Assembly: GCA_965219955.1 (NCBI GenBank)
Contig: OZ244799.1
Location: 1,184,001 to 1,248,000, forward strand
DNA length: 64,000 nt
Source of the DNA: a bacterium
GTDB lineage: Bacteria; UBA8248
Direction: 5' to 3'
Shown here: positions 8,719-18,824 of the stretch, in pieces
How positions within the stretch are numbered: the first letter of the stretch is position 1
How the letters are laid out: the number at the start of each line of letters is the position of its first letter
Program-made: the position numbers and the translations under genes
The notes under the pieces: model-generated
The model's database searches: none
Told to the model about the DNA's origin: nothing
What the model saw: the letters and a program-made list of their open reading frames with translations, nothing else

Positions 8719-9444
8719 CTAAATTGTTTCCCATTTGCCGCTTTTGGAGCGCCTGCGCTTCCCGAAATCATCCATCTGCGCGACGGTGGCGGCGGGGAAT
8801 ATGGGGCCGTCCGTGCAAACGCGCCAGCCCGAGCAGGTGCATTGGCCGCAAAGGCCGACGGCGCACTTCATGTACCGTTCGATAGCGAAATACGTCCGCT
8901 CGGCGGGGAGTTTCGGCAGGCACGCGGCCATCATCCGCTCGGGGCCGCAGACGGCGTAGCTATCCGCCTCGACGGGCAGGAGTTCGGTCACCAGGCCCTT
9001 GTGTCCCAAAGCGCCGTCTTCGGTGGCGACGTGGACGGGGCCGAGTTCCCTGAATTCCTCATAAAAGAGAATCTCATCCGCCGTGCGCCCGCCGAGGACG
9101 AAACAGGGTTCCTCGGATGCGAGGGCCAGGAGCCTCAGTTCCGCAATCCCCACGCCGCCGCCGATGAGCGCAGGCTTTTTGAGGGGCGGATAGCCCTGCC
9201 CCAGGGGGCCGCGCAGCCCGATTTCGTCTCCAGGTTTTACTTCGGCCAGTTGTTCGGTGAAGACGCCCGCTTTTTTCACGGTGACGGCGTTGGGGTAGGA
9301 GAGCGTGAAGGGTTTTTCTCCCAGACGCGGCAGCCAGACCATCATGAACTGTCCGGGCTGTGATTCAATTTCCTCGTCGAAGAAAATCGTGTGCGTCCAC
9401 GCGCTCTCTTGGCGGTTTTCCACGACCGTGTAAACGCTACGCAC
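8719..9444 (-). CDS. pyrK: Dihydroorotate dehydrogenase electron transfer subunit
   Basis: PGQFMMVW, RGPLGQG, IGGGVG, CGPERM, MKCAVGLCGQC...VCTDGP; overlaps pyrD stop; GTG after GGAGG. Confidence 0.9.
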   Translation of the reverse strand: MRSVYTVVENRQESAWTHTIFFDEEIESQPGQFMMVWLPRLGEKPFTLSYPNAVTVKKAGVFTEQLAEVKPGDEIGLRGPLGQGYPPLKKPALIGGGVGIAELRLLALASEEPCFVLGGRTADEILFYEEFRELGPVHVATEDGALGHKGLVTELLPVEADSYAVCGPERMMAACLPKLPAERTYFAIERYMKCAVGLCGQCTCSGWRVCTDGPIFPAATVAQMDDFGKRRRSKSGKWETI

Positions 9445-10372
9445 CGGAACCGCCTCCTTCCGCCGGACGGTGCGCCGCGCCGATAAGCACGGACATGGGC
9501 TCGCCGTCCAGATATTCCTGAATCCCCTCCCAGATATCGCGGGTGAGGGCGGCCGCCTCGAACGTGCTCTTGCGCATGAAGGCGGTGCCGATTCCCAGTA
9601 TGCTTGCGCCCGCGAGAATGTATTCCACGGCGTCCTCCCAGGTTTCGATTCCCCCGTATGCGACGATGGGACAGCGAAAGCGCGCGTATGCTTCATACGT
9701 CATGCGCAGGTTGACGGGCTTGAGCGCAGGGCCGCTGATGCCGCCCGTCGTGCCTGCGAGAATCGCCGCGCGGCTCCGGATGTCCACCGCAAGGCCCGGC
9801 CCCAGCGTGTTTCCGCAGCCTAGGGCGTCCGCGCCCGCGCTCATGCACGAATCCGCCACGGCGAGATAATCGCTGTTGGGCGAGAGCTTGGCGATGACGG
9901 GCTTATCCGTCTCCCCGCGCACGCGCTCGATGACCTCTGCGGAGAGTGCGGGGTTCTGGCCGATGCTCTCCATGATGGTCTGCTCGCCCGGCTCCTTGTT
10001 GGGACAGCCCAGGTTCACCTCGATGGCGTCTGAGAACTTCGACATCCGGCCCGTGACGCCTGCGAACTCCCGGGAATCTCCGCCGTAGACGGAGACGATG
10101 AGCTTCGCTTTTTTAAGTTTTATCTCTTCCAGGTCGCGCTCCCAGTCCTCGGCGCTTTGCGTCGGCAGGGCGAGGGAGTTGAGCACCGCGCCGTCGGGGG
10201 GGTATACAACCACGGGGTTGTCGTTGCCGGGTTTCTCGCGGGGGCCGACGGATTTCGTGACGTAGCCGCCCAGGCAAGCGCCCGCGCTCTCGAAAGCGGA
10301 GAACACTTCCGGGTAGCTCAGGATGCCGCTGGCGTTGATCAGGGGCGGGTCGATCCTGGGGAGCGGTATCAC
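9437..10372 (-). CDS. pyrD: Dihydroorotate dehydrogenase family 1B catalytic subunit
   Basis: NASG, TKSV, EVNLGCPN, KLSPN, GGISGPALKP, GGI; GTG start after GGAGG. Confidence 0.88.
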   Translation of the reverse strand: MIPLPRIDPPLINASGILSYPEVFSAFESAGACLGGYVTKSVGPREKPGNDNPVVVYPPDGAVLNSLALPTQSAEDWERDLEEIKLKKAKLIVSVYGGDSREFAGVTGRMSKFSDAIEVNLGCPNKEPGEQTIMESIGQNPALSAEVIERVRGETDKPVIAKLSPNSDYLAVADSCMSAGADALGCGNTLGPGLAVDIRSRAAILAGTTGGISGPALKPVNLRMTYEAYARFRCPIVAYGGIETWEDAVEYILAGASILGIGTAFMRKSTFEAAALTRDIWEGIQEYLDGEPMSVLIGAAHRPAEGGGSGA

Positions 10373-10624
10373 GGTCTGTTGCCCCTCCCGGGATGAGATT
10401 GCGGGCGGACGGGCTCGATGCGTGGAGTATAGTGGGTATGGGCGTCTCAAGCCAACTTGCAATAGGCAAAATCCACGCCTCGGGGGCGCATCGGCGTACC
10501 GGTTTATTGCAAAATGCCCGAAATGGTGGTCTAAATGGCCTTGTTCGCCCTTTCCCGCGGATGAGAAGGGAAACGGCTGTTTCGCAATCGCAAGGTATTC
10601 TCTTGCGCTGAGAGGGAAAATCCC

Positions 10625-11392
10625 GTGGTCGCCATTCTGATCGCCTGTTATCTCGTGGCTGCGCTCACGCACCTGTATCTGCTCTGCACGGGCAGGTCCG
10701 CGGGCGTCGTCTACGGGGTTGGGGCGCTTCTCATCGGGTTCGCCCTTCACACCCTCATGCTGGGGGTGAGCTTCGCCTCCGGTACGCCGGAGGGCTGGGG
10801 GTTATGGCTGAGCGGGATGGCGTGGGTGATCATCCTGATGTACCTGATCGTCTACGCACGCTACCGCGACATCGCCCTGGGCGGTTTCGCCGTGCCGGCG
10901 GCCTTCATTCTCGAGGGCTACGCATCCGCCTTTCCCGGCGTGTGGGGCGCGGGTTCAATCGCCGTGCAGGGCTATTTGCTCAAGGGCCACGCCGTGCTCG
11001 CGCTGCTGAGCTGGGGCGCGTTTTTTCTGCTCTTCGCCTCGGCGCTCATGTATCTTGTGCAGTCCCAGCAGCTGAAATCAAGACGTCCCAGCGCCTGGCT
11101 GCATCGCCTGCCCTCGCTCGATATCCTGGACGATTTGAACCACAAGATTCTCTATTTCGGCTTTGCGTTTCTGACGGCTAGTCTGCTGCTCGGCTCGATG
11201 TGGGCGAAATCGCGCCACGGCGCCTACTGGAGTCTCGATCCGGTGCGCACATGGCCGCTGATACTCATCTGGGGGGCGTACGGCCTCCTGCTCGTCTGCC
11301 GGCTCACCAGAAGCTGGAAGGGAAAGCGCTCCGCCGTTTTCTCGATGGTGGCCTTCTTCGCCGCGCTCCTCGCGCTGGTGGTTCACTTCTAG
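10625..11392 (+). CDS. ccsA: Cytochrome c assembly protein CcsA/HemX family
   Basis: Multi-TM, LPSLDILD, GSMWA...YWSLDP (WWD-like); directly upstream of hemA. Confidence 0.8.
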   Translation: MVAILIACYLVAALTHLYLLCTGRSAGVVYGVGALLIGFALHTLMLGVSFASGTPEGWGLWLSGMAWVIILMYLIVYARYRDIALGGFAVPAAFILEGYASAFPGVWGAGSIAVQGYLLKGHAVLALLSWGAFFLLFASALMYLVQSQQLKSRRPSAWLHRLPSLDILDDLNHKILYFGFAFLTASLLLGSMWAKSRHGAYWSLDPVRTWPLILIWGAYGLLLVCRLTRSWKGKRSAVFSMVAFFAALLALVVHF

Positions 11393-11405
11393 GGGACGTG
11401 GGGAT

Positions 11406-12716
11406 ATGTCCATCATTCTCGCCGGCGTGAGCCATCACAACACGCCGCTCAGCATTCGCGAGCGCCTCTATTTCCCTGAAACCCACATGGACGAGTGGCT
11501 CGACCGGCTGGCGGGCTACAGCGGGCTGGAGGAGCGCATCATCCTCTCGACCTGCAACCGGGTGGAAGTCTACAGCGCGGCGGAGGATTTCGAGCAGGGC
11601 CTCGACGCGATTCACCGCTTTTTTCTGGAATCGCGCGACATCGGCGCCGATGAACTGAATGCCCACCTCTACGTTCACCGCGAGGCAGAAGCCACCCGGC
11701 ACCTGTTCACCGTGGCGTCGAGCCTCGATTCCATGGTGGTGGGCGAGCCGCAGATCCTGGGGCAGGTGAAAGAGGCCTACCGTGTCGCCGAGGCCTCGGG
11801 CCACGCCGGAAAGGCGCTCACCAACCTCTTCTCCCGCGCGTTTCGCGTGGCGAAGAAAATCCGCGAGCAAACCCCTATCGGCGAGTCGCCCGTGTCGGTG
11901 AGTTCGGTCGCCGTGGATCTGGCGAAAAGAATTTTCGGCTCCCTTGCGGGCAAGAACGTGCTCCTGCTCGGGGCGGGCGAGATGGGCGAAGCGGCGGCGA
12001 GGCATCTCAAGGCGAGCGGGGCCGACAACCTCCACGTCGCGAACAGGACGCTCGCCCGCGCCCAGGAATTGGCTTCCAGGCTCAAGGGCGGCGTCGTGAG
12101 TTTCGACAACCTGGAAGGAGCGCTCATCGACGCCGATATCGTCATCGCATCGACGGCCTCGCAGGGTTTCATATTGGACAAGCCGATAGTTGCCTCTGCA
12201 CTCGAACAACGCCGCGACGCGCCTGTCTTTCTCATCGACATCGCCGTGCCGAGGAACGTCGCGCCCGACGTGAACGACCTCGAAGACGCCTATCTCTACG
12301 ACGTGGACGATCTTCAGTCCGTCGCGGCGGACAACCTGCGTGGCCGCGAGGAAATCGCCCGCGACGCGCGCGCTATCCTCGAAAGCGAGGTGCAGACCTA
12401 TCTCGCCCGGCAGCAGGCGGAGGAACTCAGGCATACCTTCGCGGCCATACGCTTCTTCGCGGAGTCGATGCGGCAGGAGGAAGTTCAAAAAACTTTTCAA
12501 AGACTGCCCGAACTGGGCGAAGAGGGCCGCGATGCGCTCGACGCCATGACGAAGGCGCTCGTCAATAAACTCCTTCACCATCCCTTCGCCGTCTTGCGCC
12601 AGATGTCGGAGGAAGACGTGGAGGGCATTTCGGTCGAATCTGTCCAGAAACTCTTCGGTGTGGAGCCTGAAAGCGATGAAGGCCCCTCCGAAGCGTCGAC
12701 AGAAGATGCGGACTGA
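11406..12716 (+). CDS. hemA: Glutamyl-tRNA reductase
   Basis: STCNRVEVY, SLDSMVVGEPQILGQVK, GAGEMG, DIAVPRN. Confidence 0.97.
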   Translation: MSIILAGVSHHNTPLSIRERLYFPETHMDEWLDRLAGYSGLEERIILSTCNRVEVYSAAEDFEQGLDAIHRFFLESRDIGADELNAHLYVHREAEATRHLFTVASSLDSMVVGEPQILGQVKEAYRVAEASGHAGKALTNLFSRAFRVAKKIREQTPIGESPVSVSSVAVDLAKRIFGSLAGKNVLLLGAGEMGEAAARHLKASGADNLHVANRTLARAQELASRLKGGVVSFDNLEGALIDADIVIASTASQGFILDKPIVASALEQRRDAPVFLIDIAVPRNVAPDVNDLEDAYLYDVDDLQSVAADNLRGREEIARDARAILESEVQTYLARQQAEELRHTFAAIRFFAESMRQEEVQKTFQRLPELGEEGRDALDAMTKALVNKLLHHPFAVLRQMSEEDVEGISVESVQKLFGVEPESDEGPSEASTEDAD

Positions 12717-12718
12717 AA

Positions 12719-13639
12719 ATGAACGACACACTGCGCCTCGGCACGCGGGGCAGCGCGTTGGCGCGCGCGCAGACGGCGGGGGTGGCCGAGCGGTTGAAGG
12801 AATTGAATCCGGGCCTCGCCGTGGAGGAAGTCATCGTCCGCACGCGGGGTGACGCCATGCTCGGCTCCCCGGTCCACGAGTTGGGCGGCAAGGGCCTTTT
12901 CGTGAAAGAGATTGAGGATGCCCTGCTGGGAGGCGAAATCGACGCCGCCGTCCATAGCTTGAAAGACCTGCCGAGCGAAATGCCGGAAGGCCTTATCCTC
13001 GCCGCAATCCCCGAAAGGGAGGAACCCTGGGACGCTATTGTCTCGCGGGGCGGAGAGTCGATTCGCGGTCTCGCGCCGGGCAGCAGAATCGGTACGAGCA
13101 GCTTGCGGCGTATCGCGCAGATCAGGCGCTACCGGAGCGATCTGGAGATCGTGGAGTTGCGCGGAAACGTGGATACCCGACTCGAAAAAGTGGCGGCGGG
13201 CGAGGTCGAAGCCGCGGTTCTCGCCCTGGCGGGGTTGAAACGCCTTGGACTCGAAGAGCGGGCGACGGAGTCGCTCGCACCCGAACTCATGCTGCCCGCC
13301 GCTGGACAGGGTGCGCTCGCCATCGAGACGAGGGAGGATGACGCGGCCACACGCCGCCTTGTTGAAGGGCTGGAACACCCGGAGACGAAACGGGTCGTGA
13401 TGGCCGAACGCGTCGTAATGGCGCGTCTCGAAGGAGGATGCCAGTTGCCCCTCGCCGTCTTCGCGGAGATTCGAAAAGCCGATTTCCAGATGAAAGCCCG
13501 CCTTGCGAGCGTCGACGGGGAGCGGATGGTGGAGAAGGAACGAACGGGGGCGCCCGATGATGCGGCGCGTATGGCGGAAGACCTGGCCGAGGACGTTCTC
13601 GCAAGCGGCGGGGCGGAGATATTGAGGGATGCGCGATGA
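12719..13639 (+). CDS. hemC: Hydroxymethylbilane synthase
   Basis: GTRGSALA, GKGLFVKEIE, VHSLKD, GTSSLRR, RGNVDTRL, GGCQ. Confidence 0.97.
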   Translation: MNDTLRLGTRGSALARAQTAGVAERLKELNPGLAVEEVIVRTRGDAMLGSPVHELGGKGLFVKEIEDALLGGEIDAAVHSLKDLPSEMPEGLILAAIPEREEPWDAIVSRGGESIRGLAPGSRIGTSSLRRIAQIRRYRSDLEIVELRGNVDTRLEKVAAGEVEAAVLALAGLKRLGLEERATESLAPELMLPAAGQGALAIETREDDAATRRLVEGLEHPETKRVVMAERVVMARLEGGCQLPLAVFAEIRKADFQMKARLASVDGERMVEKERTGAPDDAARMAEDLAEDVLASGGAEILRDAR

Positions 13640-14475
13640 GTGGTCTGCAGAGCCCAAAAGTGGACGCGCGTCCCCTCGCGGGCAAACGCATCCTCGTCAC
13701 ACGCCCCGAGGAGGGGGCCTCGCGCATGGGTGAGATGCTGGCGAAACTGGGCGCCTGCGTGCGTCTCGCGCCCATGATACGGATAGCGGCTCCTCAAGAT
13801 TGGGCGCCCGCCGATGTTGCGGTCCGCGCGCTGGATGCGTATCAGTGGATGATTTTCACGAGCGCGAACGGGCCGAAATATCTGGCGAAAAGGTTTAGGA
13901 CTCTGGGGGTTCCTCCCGAGGCGATTCCAGCGGGAACTTCGATTCTGGCTCTAGGACCCGCCACGGCCGCTGCGGTGGAGAAATATCTGGGAAGGACGCC
14001 CCAAAAAGTGGCCGGAAAATATGTGGCTGAGGGCGTTGTCGATCTCTTCAAGGGCGAGGACATGGCGGGGGAGCGCGTTTTGCTGGCCCGCGCGAAAGAG
14101 GGGAGAGACGCCATTCCCAAAGCGCTTCTGAAAATGGGGGCCGTCGTGGATGACGTGGCTGTCTACCGGACGACGCCTCTGGGGCGCGAGGCGCTTAGCG
14201 AGGTATGGGGAGAGCTTGAAGCGAGAAAAATTGATATGCTTACCTTCACGAGTTCCTCCGCGCTCGATGGCTTCATGCGAGCGGCGGGAGAGCAGACGGC
14301 GAAAGAGTGGATGAAACGCGCAAGAGTGGCATCCATCGGACCTGCGACCACGGCCACGGCGCGCAGGTGGGGCGTCGCGCCGGATGTCGAGGCCGCCGAA
14401 TCGACGATTCCCGGCATGGCGCAGGCCATCGTCGCTTATTACGGAAAACCGAAGCGAGGCAAGCAGGCCTCATGA
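13636..14475 (+). CDS. hemD: Uroporphyrinogen-III synthase
   Basis: ILVTRP, FTSANG, GPATA, VYRT, FTSSS, IGP; position in hem operon. Confidence 0.92.
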   Translation: MSGLQSPKVDARPLAGKRILVTRPEEGASRMGEMLAKLGACVRLAPMIRIAAPQDWAPADVAVRALDAYQWMIFTSANGPKYLAKRFRTLGVPPEAIPAGTSILALGPATAAAVEKYLGRTPQKVAGKYVAEGVVDLFKGEDMAGERVLLARAKEGRDAIPKALLKMGAVVDDVAVYRTTPLGREALSEVWGELEARKIDMLTFTSSSALDGFMRAAGEQTAKEWMKRARVASIGPATTATARRWGVAPDVEAAESTIPGMAQAIVAYYGKPKRGKQAS

Positions 14476-14492
14476 ATAGGGAGTAGAAACCG

Positions 14493-15530
14493 ATGACGAG
14501 CAACGACGCCTTCACCCTCTCGGCAACCGGGAGCGACGTAAAAAACCGCACGAGGCGCACGCGGGAGACGGCCGCCATGCGGCGCATGGTGCGCGAGACG
14601 CATCTATCCGTGGACAACCTCATCTACCCGATGTTCGTGGTCGAGGGTGAGAACATCAAAGAGGAAATCTCCTCGATGCCCGGTCAATACCAGCTCTCCG
14701 TCGACCGTCTGGTGGCCGATTGTGAGGAAATCGTCGCTTTAGATATCCCCGGCGTCATCCTGTTCGGCATTCCGGATCACAAGGACGACGTGGCCAGCGA
14801 AGCCTACGCGGACGAGGGCGTCGTGCAGAACGCCGTACGCGCCTTGAAGGAGGCCTATCCCGATCTTTGCGTCGTCACGGACGTGTGTCTTTGCGAGTAC
14901 ATGGATCACGGCCATTGCGGCATCATCGAGGGCGAGAAGGTGCTGAACGACCCCACGCTCGAACTCCTCGACAGGACGGCGGTGAGCCACGCGGAGGCAG
15001 GGGCCGACATCATCGCCCCGTCGGACATGATGGATGGGCGGGTCGGCTCGATTCGCGCGACCCTGGATGCGAGCGGCTTCGCCCAGACGCCCATCATGGC
15101 CTACTCGTCGAAGTTCGCGAGCGCCTTCTACGGGCCTTTCCGCGAGGCGGCCGAAAGCGCGCCCGCCTTCGGCGACAGGAGTTCCTACCAGATGGACCCG
15201 GCCAACGCGCGCGAGGCGATGCGCGAGATAAGGATCGACATCGAGGAGGGGGCGGACATCGTGATGGTGAAGCCCGCCCTCGTTTATCTCGACATCATCG
15301 CCAGGGCGCGCGAGATAACCGACCTGCCCCTCGCGGCCTATAACGTCTCGGGCGAATTCGCCATGCTGGCCGCGGCGTGCCGAAACGGTTGGCTCGACCC
15401 CGAGCGCGCGTTCATGGAAACCCTCACCTCCATCCGCCGCGCGGGGGCGGACATCATCCTCACCTATTTCGCCAAAGACGCCGCGAGAAGACTCCGGGGA
15501 GACAAGGCGACGCCGCTCTCGTGGATGTAG
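14493..15530 (+). CDS. hemB: Porphobilinogen synthase (Zn-type)
   Basis: [40 protein letters not shown]. Confidence 0.97.
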   Translation: MTSNDAFTLSATGSDVKNRTRRTRETAAMRRMVRETHLSVDNLIYPMFVVEGENIKEEISSMPGQYQLSVDRLVADCEEIVALDIPGVILFGIPDHKDDVASEAYADEGVVQNAVRALKEAYPDLCVVTDVCLCEYMDHGHCGIIEGEKVLNDPTLELLDRTAVSHAEAGADIIAPSDMMDGRVGSIRATLDASGFAQTPIMAYSSKFASAFYGPFREAAESAPAFGDRSSYQMDPANAREAMREIRIDIEEGADIVMVKPALVYLDIIARAREITDLPLAAYNVSGEFAMLAAACRNGWLDPERAFMETLTSIRRAGADIILTYFAKDAARRLRGDKATPLSWM

Positions 15531-15552
15531 GAAGATTCAGGCAAGATGAAAA

Positions 15553-15583
15553 TTGACAAATTGCGAGATAGGGTATAATCTCG
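15553..15583 (+). promoter_or_regulatory. Sigma70-like promoter with overlapping inverted repeat
   Basis: TTGACA (15553) and TATAAT (15574), 15-bp spacer (short); CGAGAT-N8-ATCTCG straddles the -10 box. Confidence 0.5.
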
Positions 15584-15689
15584 ATAATTGAACGAATGGT
15601 TCAATAAAGCTGTCGAGACTCACGATTGGATGCTGGACGTTTGCTTTCCGCCTTTGCATATTCGCCTCAAAGAAAGAAGTGGTGACGGC

Positions 15690-15899
15690 ATGGGAAAGAA
15701 AAAGAAGAAGAAAAAGACGGAGCAAAAAGTGATCGTGTATCGCTCGGGGGTTTTGAACCACGAGGACGCGGATAGATTCGAGAAGGCGTGCGAGGCATAT
15801 CTCAAGAAAGTTACGAAAACGAAGGAAACCGCACAAAAAGCCTTGCAAAAACTGGGGATCTACACGCCAACCGGACGCATCGCCAAACGATACAGGTAG
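15690..15899 (+). CDS. Small basic hypothetical protein, candidate antitoxin
   Basis: 69 aa, Lys-rich, C-terminal ALQKLGIYTPTGRIAKRYR; 3 bp upstream of the ART-like gene. Confidence 0.6.
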   Translation: MGKKKKKKKTEQKVIVYRSGVLNHEDADRFEKACEAYLKKVTKTKETAQKALQKLGIYTPTGRIAKRYR

Positions 15900-15902
15900 A
15901 AA

Positions 15903-16490
15903 TTGCACCGTCTTGCGACGTCTTTCGTGCTCGGATACCACGGGTGCGACAAGTCCGTGGCAGAGCGGCTTCTCGCCGGTGAACCGTTTCAAAAAAGTAA
16001 AAACAATTACGACTGGCTCGGTCCCGGAATCTACTTCTGGGAAGCCAACCCCCTCCGTGGTCTTGAATTCGCGGCTGAAGTGCAGAGCACTCTCTGGGGT
16101 TCTGATATCACGACCCCTGCGGTTATCGGCGCGGTTATCGATCTAGGGCTTTGCCTTGATCTGACGACCTCAGAGGGCATCAGGCCAATTCAGGCCGCCT
16201 ACGCAACATATATTTCTAATTGCGAAATCGCAGGATATGAACCCTTAATAAACTCGCCGGATGTGCACCAACTTCAACGGCCGTTAGATTGCGCGGTATT
16301 CGCACAGTTACATGAAATCCGAAAAGACAACATAGAACAACCTATAGACACTGTGCGCGGGGTCTTCGTGGAAGGTGAGCCGGTATATGATGGAGCCGGC
16401 TTCCGCGCGAAGACCCATATCCAGATATGCGTCTGCAACATCTCCAGCATCAAGGGCGTGTTCCGGGTGCCGGAGGAGCAACTGGTCTAG
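15903..16490 (+). CDS. Hypothetical protein with ADP-ribosyltransferase-like motifs, candidate toxin
   Basis: GYHG...WLGPGIYFWE...HIQICV; lower GC than neighbours. Confidence 0.65.
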   Translation: MHRLATSFVLGYHGCDKSVAERLLAGEPFQKSKNNYDWLGPGIYFWEANPLRGLEFAAEVQSTLWGSDITTPAVIGAVIDLGLCLDLTTSEGIRPIQAAYATYISNCEIAGYEPLINSPDVHQLQRPLDCAVFAQLHEIRKDNIEQPIDTVRGVFVEGEPVYDGAGFRAKTHIQICVCNISSIKGVFRVPEEQLV

Positions 16491-16627
16491 GGGAGGCAAT
16501 TTCTCCATCGCCTCCCGCATCAACTCCCCTTGCGCATCGCTTCTCCTTGGCGTTATGGTGAGGCTCGATAAAGCAGGATAAAGCGGAAATTGTTCTTTCC
16601 TTTCAATGAAGCAGGAGGAATCGGGGA

Positions 16628-17818
16628 ATGTCGGATAAAGACGTCGTTTTTCTGGGCGGAGCAAGGACGCCGTTCGGCGGTTTTCTGGGCACCTTGAAGG
16701 AGAAGTCGGCCACGGAGCTGGGCGCGCTGGCGGCGAAAGAGGCGATGACGCGCTCGGGCGTCACGCCGGAAGATATCGACCACACCGTGGTGGGCAACGT
16801 CATCCAGTCGAACTCGGACGGCGTCTACATCGGCAGGCATGTCGCGCTGGCGGCGGGCGTTCCGCTGGAGCGGCCCGGCTACTGCGTGAACCGCATGTGC
16901 GCCTCGGGCTTTCAGGCGGTTGTGAGCGGGGCCAAGGAAATCATGACCGAAGACGCCGACGTGGTGCTCGCCGTGGGGGCTGAGAACATGAGCCTGACCC
17001 CGCACGTCATCAGAAACTCGAGAACCGGCATGAAGCTGTTCCAGGCCCCGATGGAGGACGGCCTCTACACGGCGCTCACCGACACGATGGCCAACGTGCC
17101 GATGGGCATCACGGCGGAGAATCTGGCCGATAAATACGACCTGCACCGCGAAGCCGTCGATGAGTTCGCCGCTCTTAGCCAGGCGCGCGCGCACGACGCG
17201 TGGGAGAGCGGGCGGCTGGCGGAGGAGTGTTTCCCGGTCGAGGTGAAAGAGCGGAGAAAGACGATCACCTTCGATCGCGACGAGCATCCCCGGGCGGATT
17301 CGAACGAGGAATCGCTCGCCAGGCTCCGGCCCGCGTTCAAGGAAGACGGCGTGGTGACGGCGGGCAACGCGAGCGGCATCAACGACGGGGCGGCGGCGCT
17401 GGTCATCTCCTCGCGCGCGGCGGCCGAACGCCTGGGCCGCAAACCCGTCGGGCGGCTCGTCTCCTGGGGCGTTTCGGGGTGCGACCCCAAGATCATGGGC
17501 ATCGGACCGGCGGAGAGCAGCCGCATCGCGCTCAAAAAAGCGGGCCTCCAGCTCGACGACATGGACCTGATCGAGATCAACGAGGCGTTCTCCGCGCAGT
17601 ATCTCGCGGTGGAAAAGGAACTCGGCCTCGACCGCGAGAAGACGAACGTGAACGGCGGCGCCATCGCCATCGGCCACCCCGTGGGCGCGAGCGGCGCAAG
17701 GCTCACCCTCACGATTCTCCACGAACTCAGGCGCCGGGGCGGGAAATACGGCCTCGCGGGCGCGTGCATCGGCGGCGGCATGGGGCTGTCGGTTATCGTC
17801 GAGGCGTACGGGGAGTAA
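16628..17818 (+). CDS. Acetyl-CoA acyltransferase (thiolase)
   Basis: RTPFG, NRMCASG, NEAF, GHPVGASG, CIGGG. Confidence 0.95.
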   Translation: MSDKDVVFLGGARTPFGGFLGTLKEKSATELGALAAKEAMTRSGVTPEDIDHTVVGNVIQSNSDGVYIGRHVALAAGVPLERPGYCVNRMCASGFQAVVSGAKEIMTEDADVVLAVGAENMSLTPHVIRNSRTGMKLFQAPMEDGLYTALTDTMANVPMGITAENLADKYDLHREAVDEFAALSQARAHDAWESGRLAEECFPVEVKERRKTITFDRDEHPRADSNEESLARLRPAFKEDGVVTAGNASGINDGAAALVISSRAAAERLGRKPVGRLVSWGVSGCDPKIMGIGPAESSRIALKKAGLQLDDMDLIEINEAFSAQYLAVEKELGLDREKTNVNGGAIAIGHPVGASGARLTLTILHELRRRGGKYGLAGACIGGGMGLSVIVEAYGE

Positions 17819-17945
17819 AGTTTCCAGGTCAGGAAACGCCAAGACGCGCGTCGGAGGTGAAATGAGGAGTTTCATGAGTTGAATAGCCCGTTGCCTCCGC
17901 GTTGCGAAATGCGCAATGGGTGTTGGTTTGAGGCGCGGATTAAAT

Positions 17946-17995
17946 CTGAAAAATAAGATAAATTCAGATAAATTGGCGGGGGTTTTCGATAAATT
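17946..17995 (+). promoter_or_regulatory. 50-bp phased GATAAATT array, copy 1, upstream of the crotonase gene
   Basis: 41/50 ungapped identity to 53271-53320 by manual alignment. Confidence 0.55.
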
Positions 17996-18037
17996 GCTTT
18001 CGATCACCCCGAACTTCAGGAATAGGATGATAAGTCA

Positions 18038-18820
18038 TTGAATTATAACAACTTGATATATGAAACCGATGGTCCGGTCGCCACGTGCACCTTCAATCGT
18101 CCCAAGGCGCTGAACGCCCTGAATACGGAGACGATGGATGAGCTTGCTCATGTGGTATCTGCGTTCAAGAACGATAACAGTATGAAAGTATTGATATTAA
18201 CGGGATCGGGCGATCGGGCGTTCATCGCCGGTGCGGACATCAAGGGCATGGTGGGGCGCCCTCCCTTGAGCGCGCGATGGCTCTCCGAGCATGGAACGAA
18301 GATTCTCCGGGAGCTGGAAACCATTGGAAAACCTACGGTTGCGGCTGTGAACGGCTTCGCCCTGGGCGGCGGGTGCGAGGTGGCGATGGCGTGCTCGATC
18401 CGGATCGCTTCGACGAACGCGCTCTTCGGCCAGCCGGAGATCAACCTGGGCATCATCCCCGGCTACGGCGGCACACAGCGCCTCCCCCGACTCGTCGGAG
18501 CGGGCCGCGCGCTGGAAATCCTCATGACGGGCGATCCGGTGAACGCCGCGGAAGCCCACCGCATCGGTCTGGTGAACAAGGTCTGCGAGCCGGACGCCCT
18601 GATGGATGAGGCGAGGGCGCTGGCGCAAAAGCTGGCGTCCAAGAGCAAGCCCGCTATCGAATTGATTTTACAGGCCGTACACGGCGGCCTGGAGGGCGGT
18701 CTCGATGAGGGTTTGAGGCTCGAAACGGAAAAATTCGGCCTGGTGAGCAGCACGGAAGACTCCCAGGAAGGCCTTAACGCGTTCATCGAAAAACGCTCCG
18801 CCGATTTCCGGGATCGTTGA
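18038..18820 (+). CDS. Enoyl-CoA hydratase (crotonase)
   Basis: NRPKALNAL, AGADI, GFALGGGCE, PEINLGIIPGYGGTQRL. Confidence 0.93.
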   Translation: MNYNNLIYETDGPVATCTFNRPKALNALNTETMDELAHVVSAFKNDNSMKVLILTGSGDRAFIAGADIKGMVGRPPLSARWLSEHGTKILRELETIGKPTVAAVNGFALGGGCEVAMACSIRIASTNALFGQPEINLGIIPGYGGTQRLPRLVGAGRALEILMTGDPVNAAEAHRIGLVNKVCEPDALMDEARALAQKLASKSKPAIELILQAVHGGLEGGLDEGLRLETEKFGLVSSTEDSQEGLNAFIEKRSADFRDR

Positions 18821-18824
18821 TCTC

